Source: Nitrospirota bacterium
GTDB lineage: Bacteria > Nitrospirota > Thermodesulfovibrionia > UBA6902 > DSMQ01
Direction of reading: 5' to 3'
Assembly: GCA_016214355.1 (NCBI GenBank)
Contig: JACROO010000005.1
Location: 1-32,450, forward strand
DNA: 32,450 nucleotides
A program made the position numbers and the translations under genes. This document shows, piece by piece, positions 31,998 to 32,450 of the stretch (its first letter is position 1; each line of letters opens with the position of its first letter). The notes under the pieces are model-generated. The model was given only the letters and a program-made list of their open reading frames with translations. It had not been told where the DNA came from and did no database searches.

Positions 31998-32450
31998 GTG
32001 AATGTTTCAAAAGAAAATTCCGGAAAAATAACAGTTACCTTTCCTTACAACATTCAGCTTGTTGAGAAAGTCAAAACAATTGAAGGCAGAAAGTGGCACA
32101 AGGATAAGAAATACTGGAGCTTTTCAAATACTAATGGGACATTAGAAAAGATTTTAAAGGTTTTTGAAGGCGAAGAAATTCATTTAGACCCTTTCTTGCA
32201 AACACGACTGCCTCACCCTGTCATTGCGAGGAGCGAAGCGACGAAGCAATCTCAGGAAAACCCCTCTTTGGCGAAACCTTCTTCTTTATCCCCCTCTTTA
32301 GCAAAGAGGGGCGAGGGGAGATTTTCTGATAAAAAATTATCTGCAACGACCTTTGAATATCTAAAGCGTGAACTCCTTTCAAGAAAATATAATTACAAAA
32401 CCGTCAAAGGTTATCTTTACTACAACAGGGATTTTCTGAAATTCCAAAGC
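31998..32450 (+). CDS. Tyrosine recombinase/integrase, 5' part (runs off the window), with repeat-derived in-frame linker
   Basis: The frame is open from GTG 31998 to the window end (151 codons). The N-domain ITVTFPYNIQLVEKVKTIEGRKWHKDKKYWSF is followed by a SAM-like core-binding start FEYLKRELLSRKYNYKTVKGYLYYNRDFLKF. The start codon is uncertain: the AGGAG-served ATG at 31990 hits TAG after 2 codons. Confidence 0.6.
   Translation, partial: MNVSKENSGKITVTFPYNIQLVEKVKTIEGRKWHKDKKYWSFSNTNGTLEKILKVFEGEEIHLDPFLQTRLPHPVIARSEATKQSQENPSLAKPSSLSPSLAKRGEGRFSDKKLSATTFEYLKRELLSRKYNYKTVKGYLYYNRDFLKFQS
32220..32326. repeat. Family-B-like hairpin plus family-A palindrome inside the recombinase CDS
   Basis: gtcATTGCgaggagcgaagcgacgaaGCAATctcag (32220-32255), then tatCCCCCTCTTTagcAAAGAGGGGcgaggggagatttt (32285-32326). 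Translated as VIARSEATKQSQENPSLAKPSSLSPSLAKRGEGRFS. Confidence 0.85.

Overview
This is a 32.45-kb, low-GC (about 40%) chromosomal segment from a diderm, probably anaerobic bacterium. The lineage is not identifiable without a search; a Nitrospirota-like or similar uncultivated origin is only a guess. About 30 genes are readable, and almost all are housekeeping: trpG/pabA, a secreted S1/P1-nuclease-like zinc hydrolase, a CinA-like protein, uvrC (disrupted), a PfkB adenosine-kinase-like gene, an APH-fold kinase, an archaeal-type IMPase/FBPase, mqnA (futalosine pathway), a DUF401-like permease, xerC-hslV-hslU, a complete rnfCDGEAB operon, dksA with a lysine-rich tail, two Opp/Dpp-type permeases, tRNA-Ala(CGC), tamB-bamA plus a SurA-N-like chaperone, a GNAT, korB-korC (2-oxoacid:ferredoxin oxidoreductase beta/gamma), a short Ppx/GppA, and the 5' part of a tyrosine recombinase. 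I found no CRISPR array, prophage, toxin-antitoxin pair or recognisable defence island. The unusual signal is non-coding. At least three families of short structured repeats occupy nearly every gene junction: (A) G/C-tract palindromes, (B) GTCATTCC...GGAATGAC double hairpins, and (C) arrays of degenerate 7-8-nt units resembling cyanobacterial STRR heptamers. These repeats supply stop and start codons at cistron boundaries. They appear to encode two signal peptides. They also sit in frame inside at least four coding sequences (mqnA, the kinase catalytic core, rnfC, the recombinase linker). Several genes or operons look broken: an internal deletion in uvrC, korBC without korA, permeases without ATPase or binding protein, and a 55-codon gene stub after hslU. 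That could reflect repeat-mediated rearrangement or repeat-induced misassembly. All product calls rest on motif recognition by eye; no searches or folding programs were run.
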